Positions 17,705 to 27,652 of a DNA stretch of 64,000 nucleotides are shown in pieces. A program made the position numbers and the translations under genes. Where the stretch lies: assembly GCA_903955385.1 (NCBI GenBank), contig CAJBNH010000033.1, forward strand, positions 27,586-91,585, written 5' to 3'. Within the stretch, counting starts at the first letter, position 1, and the number at the start of each line of letters is the position of its first letter. Source of the stretch: an uncultured Myxococcales bacterium. Its GTDB lineage: Bacteria > Myxococcota_A > UBA9042. The notes under the pieces were generated by a model that was not told the DNA's origin, ran no database searches, and saw only the letters and a program-made list of their open reading frames with translations.

Positions 17705-17731
17705 GGAGCTCCGGCGGCAGGGGTGGCGGCG

Positions 17732-18796
17732 TCAGACGGCCGGGATCTGCTGGGTGATGCAGTGGATGCCGCCGTACTGCGACACAAGGGCCCGCGCGTC
17801 CAGACCGATCACCTGACGACCGGGCAGCAGCTCGCGAAGGATGGCCAGTGCGGCGTCGTCGGTCTTCTGGCGGAACACCGGGACCAGCGCCTTGCCGTTG
17901 GCGAGGTAGAAGTTCGCATAGCTGGCCGGCAGGTGCTCGCCCTGAAAGCGAATCGGCTCGGGTACGGGCAGCGCCACGATCTGAAACGGTCGTCCATCGG
18001 CGCCGCGCATCGCCTTGAGCCGCACGATGTTTTCTGCCATCGCTTCATGGTCCAGATGGCCCGGCGGCGGAGCGACCACAACGATGGTGTCGTCCGAAAC
18101 GAACCGCGCCATGTCGTCGATGTGGCCGTCGGTGTCGTCGCCTTCGAGTCCGTCGCCGAGCCAGTGCAGACGCTGCACGCCCAGATGGTCCTTCAGGCTC
18201 TTTTCGATACCAGCGCGGTCGAACTCCGGATTGCGATTGGTGTTCAGCAGCACGGACTCGGTCGTCAGCAGGTCGCCCCGGCCGTTGACCTCCAGCGACC
18301 CGCCCTCCATCACCAGACCGGGCTCGATCCGCGGCAGGCCCCACGTGCGGTTCATCTCGCGCGGCACCAGATTGTCCAGCTCCGAAGCAAACTTGCCGCC
18401 CCAAGCGTTGAAGCCCCAGTCGAGCATCGCAAGCTGCTGCGCCGCCTGGGGGTCCAAGGCCTTGACGAAGATCGGCCCGTGGTCGCGCGCCCAAACGTCG
18501 TCGCTGTCGACGAGATGCCAGACCAGCCGCTTGGGGTCGCCGCCGGCGCGCGTCACGTTGTTCAGCGCGCGGTCGCGCCACTCGGCGTGCGGGACGTTGA
18601 TGTGGACGGTCTCGACTTCGCTCAGTTCCGCCGCCAGCTTCGCAAAGAGCGATAGGACGGCGTCATGAAGGCCGCGCCAGATCGCCGGACGATGCGGCCA
18701 AGTGAGAACCGTACCCTCGTGTGGGGCCCACTCGGCGGGCATACGGTAGTGGCGAACGTCGAGAGACGGGTCGAGGTCCATGGACGGATCCTGCAC
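17732..18796 (-). CDS. aguA: Agmatine deiminase (porphyromonas-type peptidyl-arginine deiminase family)
   Basis: The N-terminal RMPAEWAPHEGT motif and the WARDHGPIFV, DGHIDDMARFV and GGIHCITQQ motifs are present. An alternative start lies at 18742/18781. Confidence 0.85.
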   Translation of the reverse strand: MQDPSMDLDPSLDVRHYRMPAEWAPHEGTVLTWPHRPAIWRGLHDAVLSLFAKLAAELSEVETVHINVPHAEWRDRALNNVTRAGGDPKRLVWHLVDSDDVWARDHGPIFVKALDPQAAQQLAMLDWGFNAWGGKFASELDNLVPREMNRTWGLPRIEPGLVMEGGSLEVNGRGDLLTTESVLLNTNRNPEFDRAGIEKSLKDHLGVQRLHWLGDGLEGDDTDGHIDDMARFVSDDTIVVVAPPPGHLDHEAMAENIVRLKAMRGADGRPFQIVALPVPEPIRFQGEHLPASYANFYLANGKALVPVFRQKTDDAALAILRELLPGRQVIGLDARALVSQYGGIHCITQQIPAV

Positions 18797-18924
18797 TGCG
18801 TGCGTGCGATGCGCTCAGCGAGCGTAAACGGCTGAAACAGGACGACCGACGTTCGGGTGAACGTGGAGGGGGTCGTCAGTGGGCGGATGAACAGCAAGGA
18901 AGGATCCTTTCGAGGGGCAGGGGC

Positions 18925-19815
18925 TCAGCCCTGAGGCTCGTCGTCGTTGGATGCGGCGAATCGCCGGTCGATACCGGCATAGGCGTCGATTCGGCGATCG
19001 CGGAAGAAAGGCCAGATGTTGCGCACCTCGGCCTGGCGGTCGCGGTCGCAGTGCACGATCTGTAGCTCGGCGTGGGTCTGCGAGGCGTCCACAAGCCACT
19101 CGCCCAGCGGGCCGACCGCGAAGCTGTGGCCCCAAAAATCGATACCGCCCTCGCGTCCAACGCGATTGACGGCCGCGACGAACACCCCGTTGGCGATCGC
19201 GTGACCACGCTGGACGGTCTGCCAAGCGTCCAGCTGCCGGGCGTGCTCTTCCGCAGGCTCGCTGTCGATGCTGCCGATGGCGGTGGGATAGACGATCACC
19301 TCGGCGCCCTGCAGCGCCAGCAACCTCGCGACTTCCGGGTACCACTGGTCCCAGCAGACCAGCACCCCCACCTTGCCAAAGCGCGTCTTGAACACCTGCG
19401 GCGGCAAGTCACCGGGAGTGAAGTAGAATTTCTCAGCGTACAGGGGGTCCTGCGGAATGTGCAGCTTGCGGTACTTGCCCAGCAGCGTGCCGTCTGCGTC
19501 CAGCACGACCGCGGTGTTGAAGTACACGCCCACGCCAGCGCGCTCGAACAGGGAACCGACGACCACCACGCCACACTCGGCAGCGACTTGTCCCAAGCGA
19601 CGCGTGCCGGGACCGGGGATCGGCTCCGCAAGGGCGAAGTGCTTGGTCTCCATCTCCTGGCAGAAGTACGGCGAGCGGAACAGCTCGGGCAGGACGCAGA
19701 TTTGCGCGCCCTGGGCCGCTGCCTCGCGAATGGCGCGAACGCCGTCTTCGAGCCGATCGCCGCCGTCGGCGTTGGCACGCAACTGCAACAAACCCAAAGT
19801 GAACGACGCAGCCAT
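18925..19815 (-). CDS. aguB: N-carbamoylputrescine amidase (nitrilase-superfamily C-N hydrolase)
   Basis: The Glu-Lys-Cys triad motifs are present (…CVLPELF…, KLHIP, VLVCWDQWYPE). It sits next to aguA, which gives the agmatine-to-putrescine pathway. Confidence 0.85.
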   Translation of the reverse strand: MAASFTLGLLQLRANADGGDRLEDGVRAIREAAAQGAQICVLPELFRSPYFCQEMETKHFALAEPIPGPGTRRLGQVAAECGVVVVGSLFERAGVGVYFNTAVVLDADGTLLGKYRKLHIPQDPLYAEKFYFTPGDLPPQVFKTRFGKVGVLVCWDQWYPEVARLLALQGAEVIVYPTAIGSIDSEPAEEHARQLDAWQTVQRGHAIANGVFVAAVNRVGREGGIDFWGHSFAVGPLGEWLVDASQTHAELQIVHCDRDRQAEVRNIWPFFRDRRIDAYAGIDRRFAASNDDEPQG

Positions 19816-19986
19816 CGGACGTCCTCGCGCTCGCAGGGGCAGCCATAGGGTGGGGAGCGGACCGGGCGACATAGCCGTTCCCGGCCGGGCGCGTCAAATG
19901 GCGCGGACGCAGAGGCTCACCAAGCAACGCTTGCTCCCGACCCGCAAGGTGCGCGAACCTGTCCTGCATTCCCTGAGGAGGTTCCG

Positions 19987-21480
19987 TTGTCCGCTCCCGT
20001 CGCACCCGCCGCCTTTCCGTCCTTGCGCATCGCTCGCGACGCCCTGACCCCGCTTGGGCCGTTCGCGGAAGCGCAGGCGGCGTTCCTGCGCCCCGACGCC
20101 CGTGCCGTACAGGAACTGGACGACCTGCTGCGCGACAGGAACGTCGGCGTGGTCGCGCACTTCTACATGGACCCGGAGCTTCAAGGCGTTTTGTCGGCAT
20201 GCAAGTGGCCACACATCCACATCTCCGACTCGCTGGTGATGGCGGACCGCGCAGTCGACATGGCCAAGGCAGGCGTGCAGGCGATCTGCGTCGCTGGCGT
20301 GGACTTCATGGCCGAGAACGTCCGCGCCGTGCTGGATCATGCGGGATTTGCCGCGATTGCCGTGTACCGACTGGCGGCGGGCGAGATCGGCTGTTCCCTG
20401 GCCGCATCGGCAGAAGCACCGGCCTACGCTGCGTTTCTTCGCCAGGCCGCACAGACGCCGAATTCGCTGCATGTCATCTACATCAACACCAGCCTGCGGG
20501 TGAAGGCGCACGCGCATCGGCTGGTCCCCACGATCACCTGTACGTCGTCGAATGTGGTTCGCACGATCCTGCAAGCGACCTCGCAAGTCGCGGACCTGCA
20601 CCTTTGGTTCGGCCCCGACACGTACATGGGTGAGAACCTGCGCCACCTGTTCACCGCCTACGCGCAGCTGCCGGACGACCGCATCCGCGCGCTGCACCCG
20701 GCCCACGATCAGGCCTCGATCCGGGGGCTGCTGCAACGGTTCCACCCATTCCAACAGGGCAATTGCATCGTGCATCAGTTGTTCGGCCCCGCCGTGGCCC
20801 AAGCCGTGCGCGAGCGACACTCCGACGCCTTGATCACGGCCCATCTGGAAGTACCGGGCGAGCTGTTTGCGCTGGCGAGTCAGGCGGCTGTCGAGGGCAG
20901 GGGCGTTGTAGGCTCCACCTCCGACATTCTGGGCTGCATCGTGGACCACGTGAGAGCGGCGCTGCGCCAACCCGGACCGACGCGAATTCCTGTCGTTTTG
21001 GGGACGGAAGCCGGCTTGATGACCTCGATCGTCCTTGGCGTGCAGGCGGTGCTGCGGGCAAGTGGCCGGGATGATGTCACGGTCGAGATCCTGTTTCCGG
21101 TGGCTGCCGAAGCTGCCACTGCCGATGCCGACTCTCCGCTTGGCGTGATTCCGGGTGCCTCCAACGGAGAGGGTTGCTCAACCGCAGGCGGCTGCGCGAC
21201 CTGCCCGTACATGCGCATGAATCACTTGGACGGGCTGCTGGACGCGCTGCAGCTGGTCGGGACACCGAGCGCGGCACTCGAGGCGCTGCGGCCCCGCATG
21301 GACCCGCACCGCGTGGCGGGACAGACGGTGGCACAGCTTGGGTCGGTGCCGATCCTGCACATGCGCGACTTCCAGCGCAGCGGTCGGCTGAGCGACGTGC
21401 TGGTGACCGAAGTGACCGGGCGGACGCCGTTGCGCATGTCTCTGGAAGACCTGGCGTCCTGGCCAATGCTCCGGGCTTGA
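19987..21480 (+). CDS. nadA: Quinolinate synthase NadA (long form with N- and C-terminal extensions)
   Basis: NadA core motifs are present (VVAHFYMDPELQ, …DSLVMA…, ITCTSSN, TCPYMRMN for the third Cys). The start is a TTG at 19987 preceded by a GGAGG RBS. Confidence 0.85.
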   Translation: MSAPVAPAAFPSLRIARDALTPLGPFAEAQAAFLRPDARAVQELDDLLRDRNVGVVAHFYMDPELQGVLSACKWPHIHISDSLVMADRAVDMAKAGVQAICVAGVDFMAENVRAVLDHAGFAAIAVYRLAAGEIGCSLAASAEAPAYAAFLRQAAQTPNSLHVIYINTSLRVKAHAHRLVPTITCTSSNVVRTILQATSQVADLHLWFGPDTYMGENLRHLFTAYAQLPDDRIRALHPAHDQASIRGLLQRFHPFQQGNCIVHQLFGPAVAQAVRERHSDALITAHLEVPGELFALASQAAVEGRGVVGSTSDILGCIVDHVRAALRQPGPTRIPVVLGTEAGLMTSIVLGVQAVLRASGRDDVTVEILFPVAAEAATADADSPLGVIPGASNGEGCSTAGGCATCPYMRMNHLDGLLDALQLVGTPSAALEALRPRMDPHRVAGQTVAQLGSVPILHMRDFQRSGRLSDVLVTEVTGRTPLRMSLEDLASWPMLRA

Positions 21481-21542
21481 CCCGCACCCAGACGTTCGCT
21501 GCTTGACGACCGGGGGCGGGTGGTCCCAGTCTAGCCCTCACC

Positions 21543-23258
21543 ATGTCGGAAGCCCGCCCGCCGCTCCCCCCCGACGACTCGCCCGCCGCTGGCTTGGACG
21601 CCACCCGTCCGCTCGGCGGTCGGCCGCCCCCTCGCGCTGTCACCCGTCTGGAGTGGACCGCAGGCAAGCCCCTGAGCGGCCGCTACGTGATGGTCGACAA
21701 GCTGGGCGAGGGCGGCATGGGCACCGTCTACCTCGTCGAGGACCTGTTGCTGCGCCGACGGGTCGCTCTGAAGACCGTGTTCGCGGAAGACGCTTTTGAG
21801 CCCGCGGACATCGAGCGTTTTCGCAAGGAAGTTGCGCTCGCCCACAGCATCAACCACCCCAATGTCGCGCGGACCTACGACCTCGGTGAGGAGGGGGGCG
21901 TCCACTTCCTGAGCATGGAGCATCTGCGGGGCGAGACGCTGATGGCGCGCATCCGGCGCGGTCCCGTGCTGACCTCCAAAGAGGTGCGCGAGGTCGCCGT
22001 ACCGCTGTGCCGAGGCTTGGCAGCCGCTCACCGGTCGGGCGTCGTCCACCGCGACCTGAAGCCCGCGAACGTGATGCTGGTGCCCGACTCGCGCAAAGCC
22101 GTGATCATGGACTTCGGCATCGCCCGGTCGATGGGCGAGGCGATGGGCGATGAGGTGACGCTGTCACGGCCTCGCGTCGGTGCGACGGTTTGGGACGTGA
22201 CCTCGGCCGGTCTGGGCACCCCCGCGTACATGGCACCGGAGCAGTGGGACTCGGCCAGCGGCGATCAGCGCACCGACATCTACGCCTTGGGCGTGATCCT
22301 GTTTGTCTGCTTGACCGGACAGGCGCCATATGCCGCTGACACGCCTACGGAATTAGGTGACCGGCATCGCCAGTCACCGGTGCCCGACGTGCACGCATTG
22401 GCAGCGGGCGTCGACCGCGATCTGGCAGCGCTGATCCGCAGGTGTCTGGCCAAGCGCCCGGAGGACCGGCCGCAGTCGGTCGACGAGCTGCTGGAGCTGC
22501 TGGAGCGGGGCGAGCGGCGCAAGCGATTCGCGTTGCAGTTGACCACTGTGTTGCTGTCCAGCGCCGCCGTCCTTGGTCTGTTGGGCTGGTCAGTCTATGC
22601 CGTCGCCGAACAGGCGGTGCTGCAAGAGATGCGGCCGGCCCTGTCCAGACTGGCGGAGCTGGTGGCGCACGACATCGACCCCGCCGACATGGATCGGGTC
22701 CGGACTTCCGCCGACATCGACACCGCGCCGTTTCGGCGGGTTCACGCCATCATGGAGCGATACCACAGGGAAAACCCGGAGATCCGTTACTTCTACACGA
22801 TGCGGCCGGGGGCCTCTCGCGGGCTCTACCACTACGTCGTCGACGAGCAGCCGCGCGACCGGGACCTGAATGGCGACGGACAGATCCGCAACACTGCGAC
22901 GTTCTTCGAGGAGGGCACGCCCCCCGGTGAGTTCTACGACGGGCGCGACATGCCCGCGATGGCCGCGACGGTGGACACGGGGCGACCGCATACGGATCAG
23001 GACTTCGCGCGAGACGGCCTGGAGATCACGCTGTCGGGGTACGCTGCGGTGCCGATTGGGGAAAAGCCGGCGCGGTACTTCGTCGCAGTGGACGTCACCA
23101 ACGACCAGTTGTCGCGGCTGCGGCTCGCACTGACGGGGTTGTTGGGACTTGCGGAGCTTGGCCTCTGCATCGCGTTCTCGTTCCTGCTGGCCCCCGGTCG
23201 ACAGCACCGCCGCGCCCTTGCTGCATGGGCTCGCAATCGCGCGCAACCGCACACCTGA
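21543..23258 (+). CDS. Membrane Ser/Thr protein kinase with a C-terminal extracytoplasmic sensor domain bracketed by two TM helices
   Basis: Hanks kinase motifs are present (LGEGGMGTVY, VALK, HRDLKPANVML, DFGIA, APEQ). There is a TM helix at ~aa 325-345. A ~200 aa extracytoplasmic domain follows, then a second TM helix at the C-terminus. Confidence 0.9.
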   Translation: MSEARPPLPPDDSPAAGLDATRPLGGRPPPRAVTRLEWTAGKPLSGRYVMVDKLGEGGMGTVYLVEDLLLRRRVALKTVFAEDAFEPADIERFRKEVALAHSINHPNVARTYDLGEEGGVHFLSMEHLRGETLMARIRRGPVLTSKEVREVAVPLCRGLAAAHRSGVVHRDLKPANVMLVPDSRKAVIMDFGIARSMGEAMGDEVTLSRPRVGATVWDVTSAGLGTPAYMAPEQWDSASGDQRTDIYALGVILFVCLTGQAPYAADTPTELGDRHRQSPVPDVHALAAGVDRDLAALIRRCLAKRPEDRPQSVDELLELLERGERRKRFALQLTTVLLSSAAVLGLLGWSVYAVAEQAVLQEMRPALSRLAELVAHDIDPADMDRVRTSADIDTAPFRRVHAIMERYHRENPEIRYFYTMRPGASRGLYHYVVDEQPRDRDLNGDGQIRNTATFFEEGTPPGEFYDGRDMPAMAATVDTGRPHTDQDFARDGLEITLSGYAAVPIGEKPARYFVAVDVTNDQLSRLRLALTGLLGLAELGLCIAFSFLLAPGRQHRRALAAWARNRAQPHT

Positions 23259-23279
23259 CACCCTGAGGAGCACCGCGGC

Positions 23280-24941
23280 ATGGCCCACGACCCCGCCACT
23301 CCCAACCACGCGCCCGGCGCCCTCCCGTCGCCGCCAGCGGGACCTGCGCCGCGACCGAGACCACGCCCGCCCGTGCGCTCGATCGATTGGACGACCGGGC
23401 GATTGCTGAACGGCCGGTACCGCATGGTCCGCAAGCTGGGCGCAGGCGGCATGGGCGCCGTCTACCTGTGCGACGACGTGCTGCTGCGGCGACGAGTTGC
23501 GCTGAAGACCCTGTTCTCGAATGCGCAACTGGATGAGGAGGACCTGGACCGCTTTCGCCGCGAAGTCTCGATCGCCCATGCCGTCAACCATCCCAACATC
23601 GCGCGCACCTATGACTTGGGCGAGTCGGCCGGCGTCCACTACCTGACGATGGAGTTCCTGGAGGGTCGGACGCTGGTGGACCGCCTGCGCGAAGGCGCTG
23701 CCATGACCTCCGCAGAGGTGCGCGAGATCGCGGTCCCGCTGTGTCAGGGCCTGCGGGCCGCCCACCGCGCCGGCGTCGTGCACCGTGACCTCAAGCCTGC
23801 GAACGTGATGCTGGTGAACGACGACCGCAAGGCCGTCATCATGGACTTCGGCATCGCGCGAGCGGGAGATGAGGACGAGCAGCACGGAACCCGCGCACCG
23901 CTGGAGCAGAACGCCACCATTCCTTGGGAAGTGACCTCGGCGGGCCGCGGTACACCGACCTACATGGCCCCAGAGCAGTGGGACGACGAGAGCGGCGATG
24001 CCCGCACCGACATGTACGCCTTCGGGGTCATCCTGTTCGTGTGCCTGACACGTCGCGCCCCATACCGCGCGGAAAGTGCCGAAGCACTGGCGATGCTGCA
24101 CAAGAACGCGCCGATCCCGGACGTTGCGGCGTTGGTGCCCGGCGTCGACCGGGACCTGGCCAAGTTGATCCGTCACTGTCTGGCCAAGCGCCCGCAGGAC
24201 CGCCCGGACAGCGTGGACGCCGTGCTGAACGAGCTGCAGCGAGGTGCCCGTCGCCGCAAGCAAGTCCTTTCTCTGGCAGGGATTTCGCTGGCACTCGCCG
24301 GGCTGCTGCTGTTGACCGGACTGGGCCTGTGGACGATGGCGAAGTCGGCCGTCATGCAGGAGATGCGCCCCTCGCAGGCGCGTCTGGCAGAGGTGATCGC
24401 GCTGCAGATGGATGCGCGCGCCTTGGACGAGGTCAACCGCACCAAGGCCATCGACTCACCGGCCTTCGTACGCGCTCACCGGGTGCTCGAACGCTACAAG
24501 GACTCGAATCCTGAGCTGTTGTCGTTGTACGTGATGCGCTCGACCTCGCACGACAACCAGTACGAGATCGTCGTCGACCTGCTGCCCAAGGACCGCGACC
24601 TGAATGGCGACGGCGTGATCAGTCAGGAGGAACAAGGTTCCGCACCAGGGCGGCGCTATGACGGCAGTGGCACACCCGCGATGGCTGAGGTGTTGCGGAC
24701 CGGCAGGGCGGGGTCCGACACGGACTTCGTCGCGGACGACTGGGGCCTATCGCTGTCGGGCTACTCACCGGTGGTCGAGGACGGCCGAACGACCGCGTAC
24801 TTCGTAGGCGTCGATGCCCGTAACGACCAACTGGAGCGGCTGCGGGTGCGTCTGGCCGTGCTGTTCAGCGTGGTCTGGCTGTTGGGTACGATCAGCGTCA
24901 CGATCGCGCGCTTGGTCATGGATCGGCGCGCGCAAGCGTGA
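23280..24941 (+). CDS. Membrane Ser/Thr protein kinase, tandem paralog of the upstream gene with the same TM-sensor-TM architecture
   Basis: Same kinase motifs (LGAGGMGAVY, HRDLKPANVML, DFGIARA). The sensor domain aligns with the upstream paralog and contains DLNGDGVISQEE. Confidence 0.9.
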   Translation: MAHDPATPNHAPGALPSPPAGPAPRPRPRPPVRSIDWTTGRLLNGRYRMVRKLGAGGMGAVYLCDDVLLRRRVALKTLFSNAQLDEEDLDRFRREVSIAHAVNHPNIARTYDLGESAGVHYLTMEFLEGRTLVDRLREGAAMTSAEVREIAVPLCQGLRAAHRAGVVHRDLKPANVMLVNDDRKAVIMDFGIARAGDEDEQHGTRAPLEQNATIPWEVTSAGRGTPTYMAPEQWDDESGDARTDMYAFGVILFVCLTRRAPYRAESAEALAMLHKNAPIPDVAALVPGVDRDLAKLIRHCLAKRPQDRPDSVDAVLNELQRGARRRKQVLSLAGISLALAGLLLLTGLGLWTMAKSAVMQEMRPSQARLAEVIALQMDARALDEVNRTKAIDSPAFVRAHRVLERYKDSNPELLSLYVMRSTSHDNQYEIVVDLLPKDRDLNGDGVISQEEQGSAPGRRYDGSGTPAMAEVLRTGRAGSDTDFVADDWGLSLSGYSPVVEDGRTTAYFVGVDARNDQLERLRVRLAVLFSVVWLLGTISVTIARLVMDRRAQA

Positions 24942-24965
24942 GCAGCCTGGGCACGGAAGTACGCG

Positions 24966-25343
24966 TCACGCTTGGACAGTTCGCTCGGCCTCGCACGCCG
25001 CACACGGGCAGATCACGCGCAGGTAGCGGTACGAGTACAAACCGGCGTCGTGACCATCGCCCCACTTGAAGCGGATGGCGTACTGACCGACGGGCTCGAC
25101 GGACTGCACCTCAGAGGACGGTTCCGTTCTTCCCGCACGCCGCGTGTCCTTCACCAGCGTCGTCGGTGGCCCATGGGTGCCTTTGCAGGTCGCACAGGGG
25201 CAGCGAGAGCGCAGGAAGGCGAGGTCGAACGTGCTCTCGTGGCTGTCGTCCCAGGTGATGCCGACGGAGCCGTCTGTGTTCCAGCGGAGGTCCACGGGCT
25301 CGACGGTGTCAAAGGGGCTCGGCTGCATCCTGGGTTGCCTCAT
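24966..25343 (-). CDS. DUF971-family protein (gamma-butyrobetaine hydroxylase-like N-terminal domain)
   Basis: The duplicated LRxxCPCAxC motifs characteristic of DUF971 are present (LRSRCPCATC, LRVICPCAAC). Confidence 0.7.
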   Translation of the reverse strand: MRQPRMQPSPFDTVEPVDLRWNTDGSVGITWDDSHESTFDLAFLRSRCPCATCKGTHGPPTTLVKDTRRAGRTEPSSEVQSVEPVGQYAIRFKWGDGHDAGLYSYRYLRVICPCAACEAERTVQA

Positions 25344-25508
25344 GGTGCTGCGTCAGGCGACGGTTCTGCTTGCAGCGTGCGCAAGCAGGCGGGCTGCGTC
25401 AAGGCAGAGGGCCCAACGACCGGCTTGCCAAGCGACCGCGAATCCTTCGATGCTCCCGCCGGTATGGCGAAACCGCTGCTCCACCACCCGGGGCGGTGAG
25501 GAGGCTAC

Positions 25509-26507
25509 ATGGCCCCGCAGCAAGCGACAGTGCTGGCAGGTGACATCGGCGGCACGAAGACTCATCTCGCACTTTACCGATCGATTGATAATCGTTCCGA
25601 ACTTCTACGGGATCACGTATTCCCCAGCCGCGACTTTCAGGCGCTTGAGGATGTCATCGCTGCGTTTCTGGGAGCGGAGCAAACGGTCGATGCCGCTGCG
25701 TTCGGCATCGCCGGGCCGGTGGTGGACGGTCGCGTGACGACGACCAACCTGCCGTGGATCGTGAGTCCCGAGGGCGTCGGAGCGGCCTGCGGCACCTCGC
25801 GCGTGGCGCTGCTGAACGACCTCGAGTCGACGGCACTTGGGGCACTGGACCTGTCGGCCGACCGGTTTCACGTGTTGCAGCCTGGCGTTCGCCGCCCCGG
25901 ACACATCGCCGTCATCGCGGCCGGAACGGGGTTGGGTCAGGCCTTCCTGTTCTGGGACGGCCAGCGCTTCCGCCCGGCTGCGACAGAGGGTGGACACACC
26001 GACTTCGCCCCCACGACGCCAGAGGACGAGCGACTGCTGGCGTTTGCCCGCCGTCAGTTCGGCCACGTGTCGTGGGAGCGGTTGGTGTCAGGCCCAGGCC
26101 TGAATGTGATTTTTCGCTGTCTGGTCGAGGAGTTGGGACATCCAGTGGCGCCGTCCGTGCTGGCGCGACTGCCAGAAGCCGACGCTGGTGCCGTCATCGG
26201 TCAGGCGGCGTTGACCGGCGAGTGCCTCACCTGCACCGCGGCGGTCGACTGGTTTGTGCGGCTCTACGGCACCCAAGCAGGCAACCTCGCGCTGACGGTG
26301 ATGTCGTTCGGCGGCGTCTGGCTGGGCGGCGGGATCGTAGCCAAGCTGCTGCCACGGTTCATCCACGGTCCGTTCTTGGAAGCCTTCGCCGCAAAGGGTC
26401 GATACCGCGGATTGCTGCAGCAGATCCCCGTGCACGCCATCCTCGAGCCCCAGACATCGTTGTTCGGTGCGCGACGTGCGGCGCTGGAGTTGCTGCGGTC
26501 GGCGTGA
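25509..26507 (+). CDS. glk: Glucokinase
   Basis: The N-terminal ATPase motif (LAGDIGGTKTHLAL) and glucokinase-family motifs (VALLNDLEST, AAGTGLGQAFL) are present. Confidence 0.85.
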   Translation: MAPQQATVLAGDIGGTKTHLALYRSIDNRSELLRDHVFPSRDFQALEDVIAAFLGAEQTVDAAAFGIAGPVVDGRVTTTNLPWIVSPEGVGAACGTSRVALLNDLESTALGALDLSADRFHVLQPGVRRPGHIAVIAAGTGLGQAFLFWDGQRFRPAATEGGHTDFAPTTPEDERLLAFARRQFGHVSWERLVSGPGLNVIFRCLVEELGHPVAPSVLARLPEADAGAVIGQAALTGECLTCTAAVDWFVRLYGTQAGNLALTVMSFGGVWLGGGIVAKLLPRFIHGPFLEAFAAKGRYRGLLQQIPVHAILEPQTSLFGARRAALELLRSA

Positions 26508-26525
26508 CGACACAAAACGCCCGAC

Positions 26526-27236
26526 CTACCCGAGCGGCGTGTGGCGAGGCGGCAAGGCCCACTGGATCGGCGGCTCGCCCCTGGCCTGCAAGTGGCTGTT
26601 GATCTGCGAGAAGTGGTCGCGACCCGTGAAGCCCCAGACCGACTTCGGTGACGGATGGGCGGCCTTCAACACCAGATGCCTGCTGCGGTCGACGACCTCG
26701 GCCTTGGTGGCGGCGGGCCCTCCCCACAACGCAAACACCAACCCGTCACGGCGACGGTTGAGCTCGAGGATCACCCGGTCCGTGAAAGTCTCCCAGCCGT
26801 GGTGGGCGTGCGACAGCGGCATGCCCGCGCGGACCGTCAGGATGGAATTCAGCAACAGCACGCCCTGACGCGCCCACGACACCAGACATCCGTGGTCGGG
26901 CGGCGGAATTCCCAAGTCCCGCTCGATCTCCTTGAACACGTTGACCAAAGACGGTGGCGGCCGCACGTCGGGGCGCACCGAAAAGCACAGCCCGTGCGCC
27001 TGACCGGGTCCGATGTACGGGTCCTGACCCAAGATCACGACCCGGACTTTGTCGAAGGGCGTCAGCCAGAACGCCTGAAAGATCTCGTTTCCGGGCGGGT
27101 AGACGTCGTGCAACCGCTTCTCCTCCGCCAGAAACGCACGTAGATCCTGCATGTAGGGTTGTTCGAAAGCGTCACCCAGCACCGACAGCCACGACGGTTC
27201 CAGGTTCGGGGTTCGCGGGGTCGTCGACGGGGTCAC
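26526..27236 (-). CDS. ung: Uracil-DNA glycosylase
   Basis: UNG motifs are present (VVILGQDPY, GLCFSV, LLLNSILTV, HPSPKS). The start is a GTG at 27236 with a GGGAGG RBS 7 nt upstream. The ORF track extends further, to 27617. Confidence 0.85.
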   Translation of the reverse strand: MTPSTTPRTPNLEPSWLSVLGDAFEQPYMQDLRAFLAEEKRLHDVYPPGNEIFQAFWLTPFDKVRVVILGQDPYIGPGQAHGLCFSVRPDVRPPPSLVNVFKEIERDLGIPPPDHGCLVSWARQGVLLLNSILTVRAGMPLSHAHHGWETFTDRVILELNRRRDGLVFALWGGPAATKAEVVDRSRHLVLKAAHPSPKSVWGFTGRDHFSQINSHLQARGEPPIQWALPPRHTPLG

Positions 27237-27652
27237 GGTGGCCTCCCGATGCGTGCGTTCCGCGGATTCTGCCACAAGTCTGGTGCGATGGGGGCAGCTA
27301 CGTCGAAAGCGGGCAAGCGCGCGGTGCGAGCGGCGTCGGCCAGCCTGAAGAGGGGGCCCCGGCCGACGCCGCACCGCATGGCACCGCGCGGCGGCCGGCG
27401 ATCCTGCATGTGCACCCTGGGCTGGGCTGGTGCACGCACACGTCATCGCCGGCCTTGCCGCGCGGCATCGCTGAACCGCCCCCGGGTCATGGCACCCGCA
27501 GCGGATGGGGCGCAGCCGGCTCGGAAAGCTGCGACCTTTATGCAACCCGCCGCCTCGCACTCCATTCCCTCCCCGCGACACTTTCTTCTTGCGCCCCCTT
27601 TGGGCAGCATCGGACATCGAATGGCGAACGGAACCGCTCGACCGAGGTGAGG

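Noticed and set aside
26954-27652. 5' portion of the 518-aa ORF 26954..28510
   Set aside because: It is antisense to ung. The Rossmann-fold N-terminus and RBS support a start at 27653.
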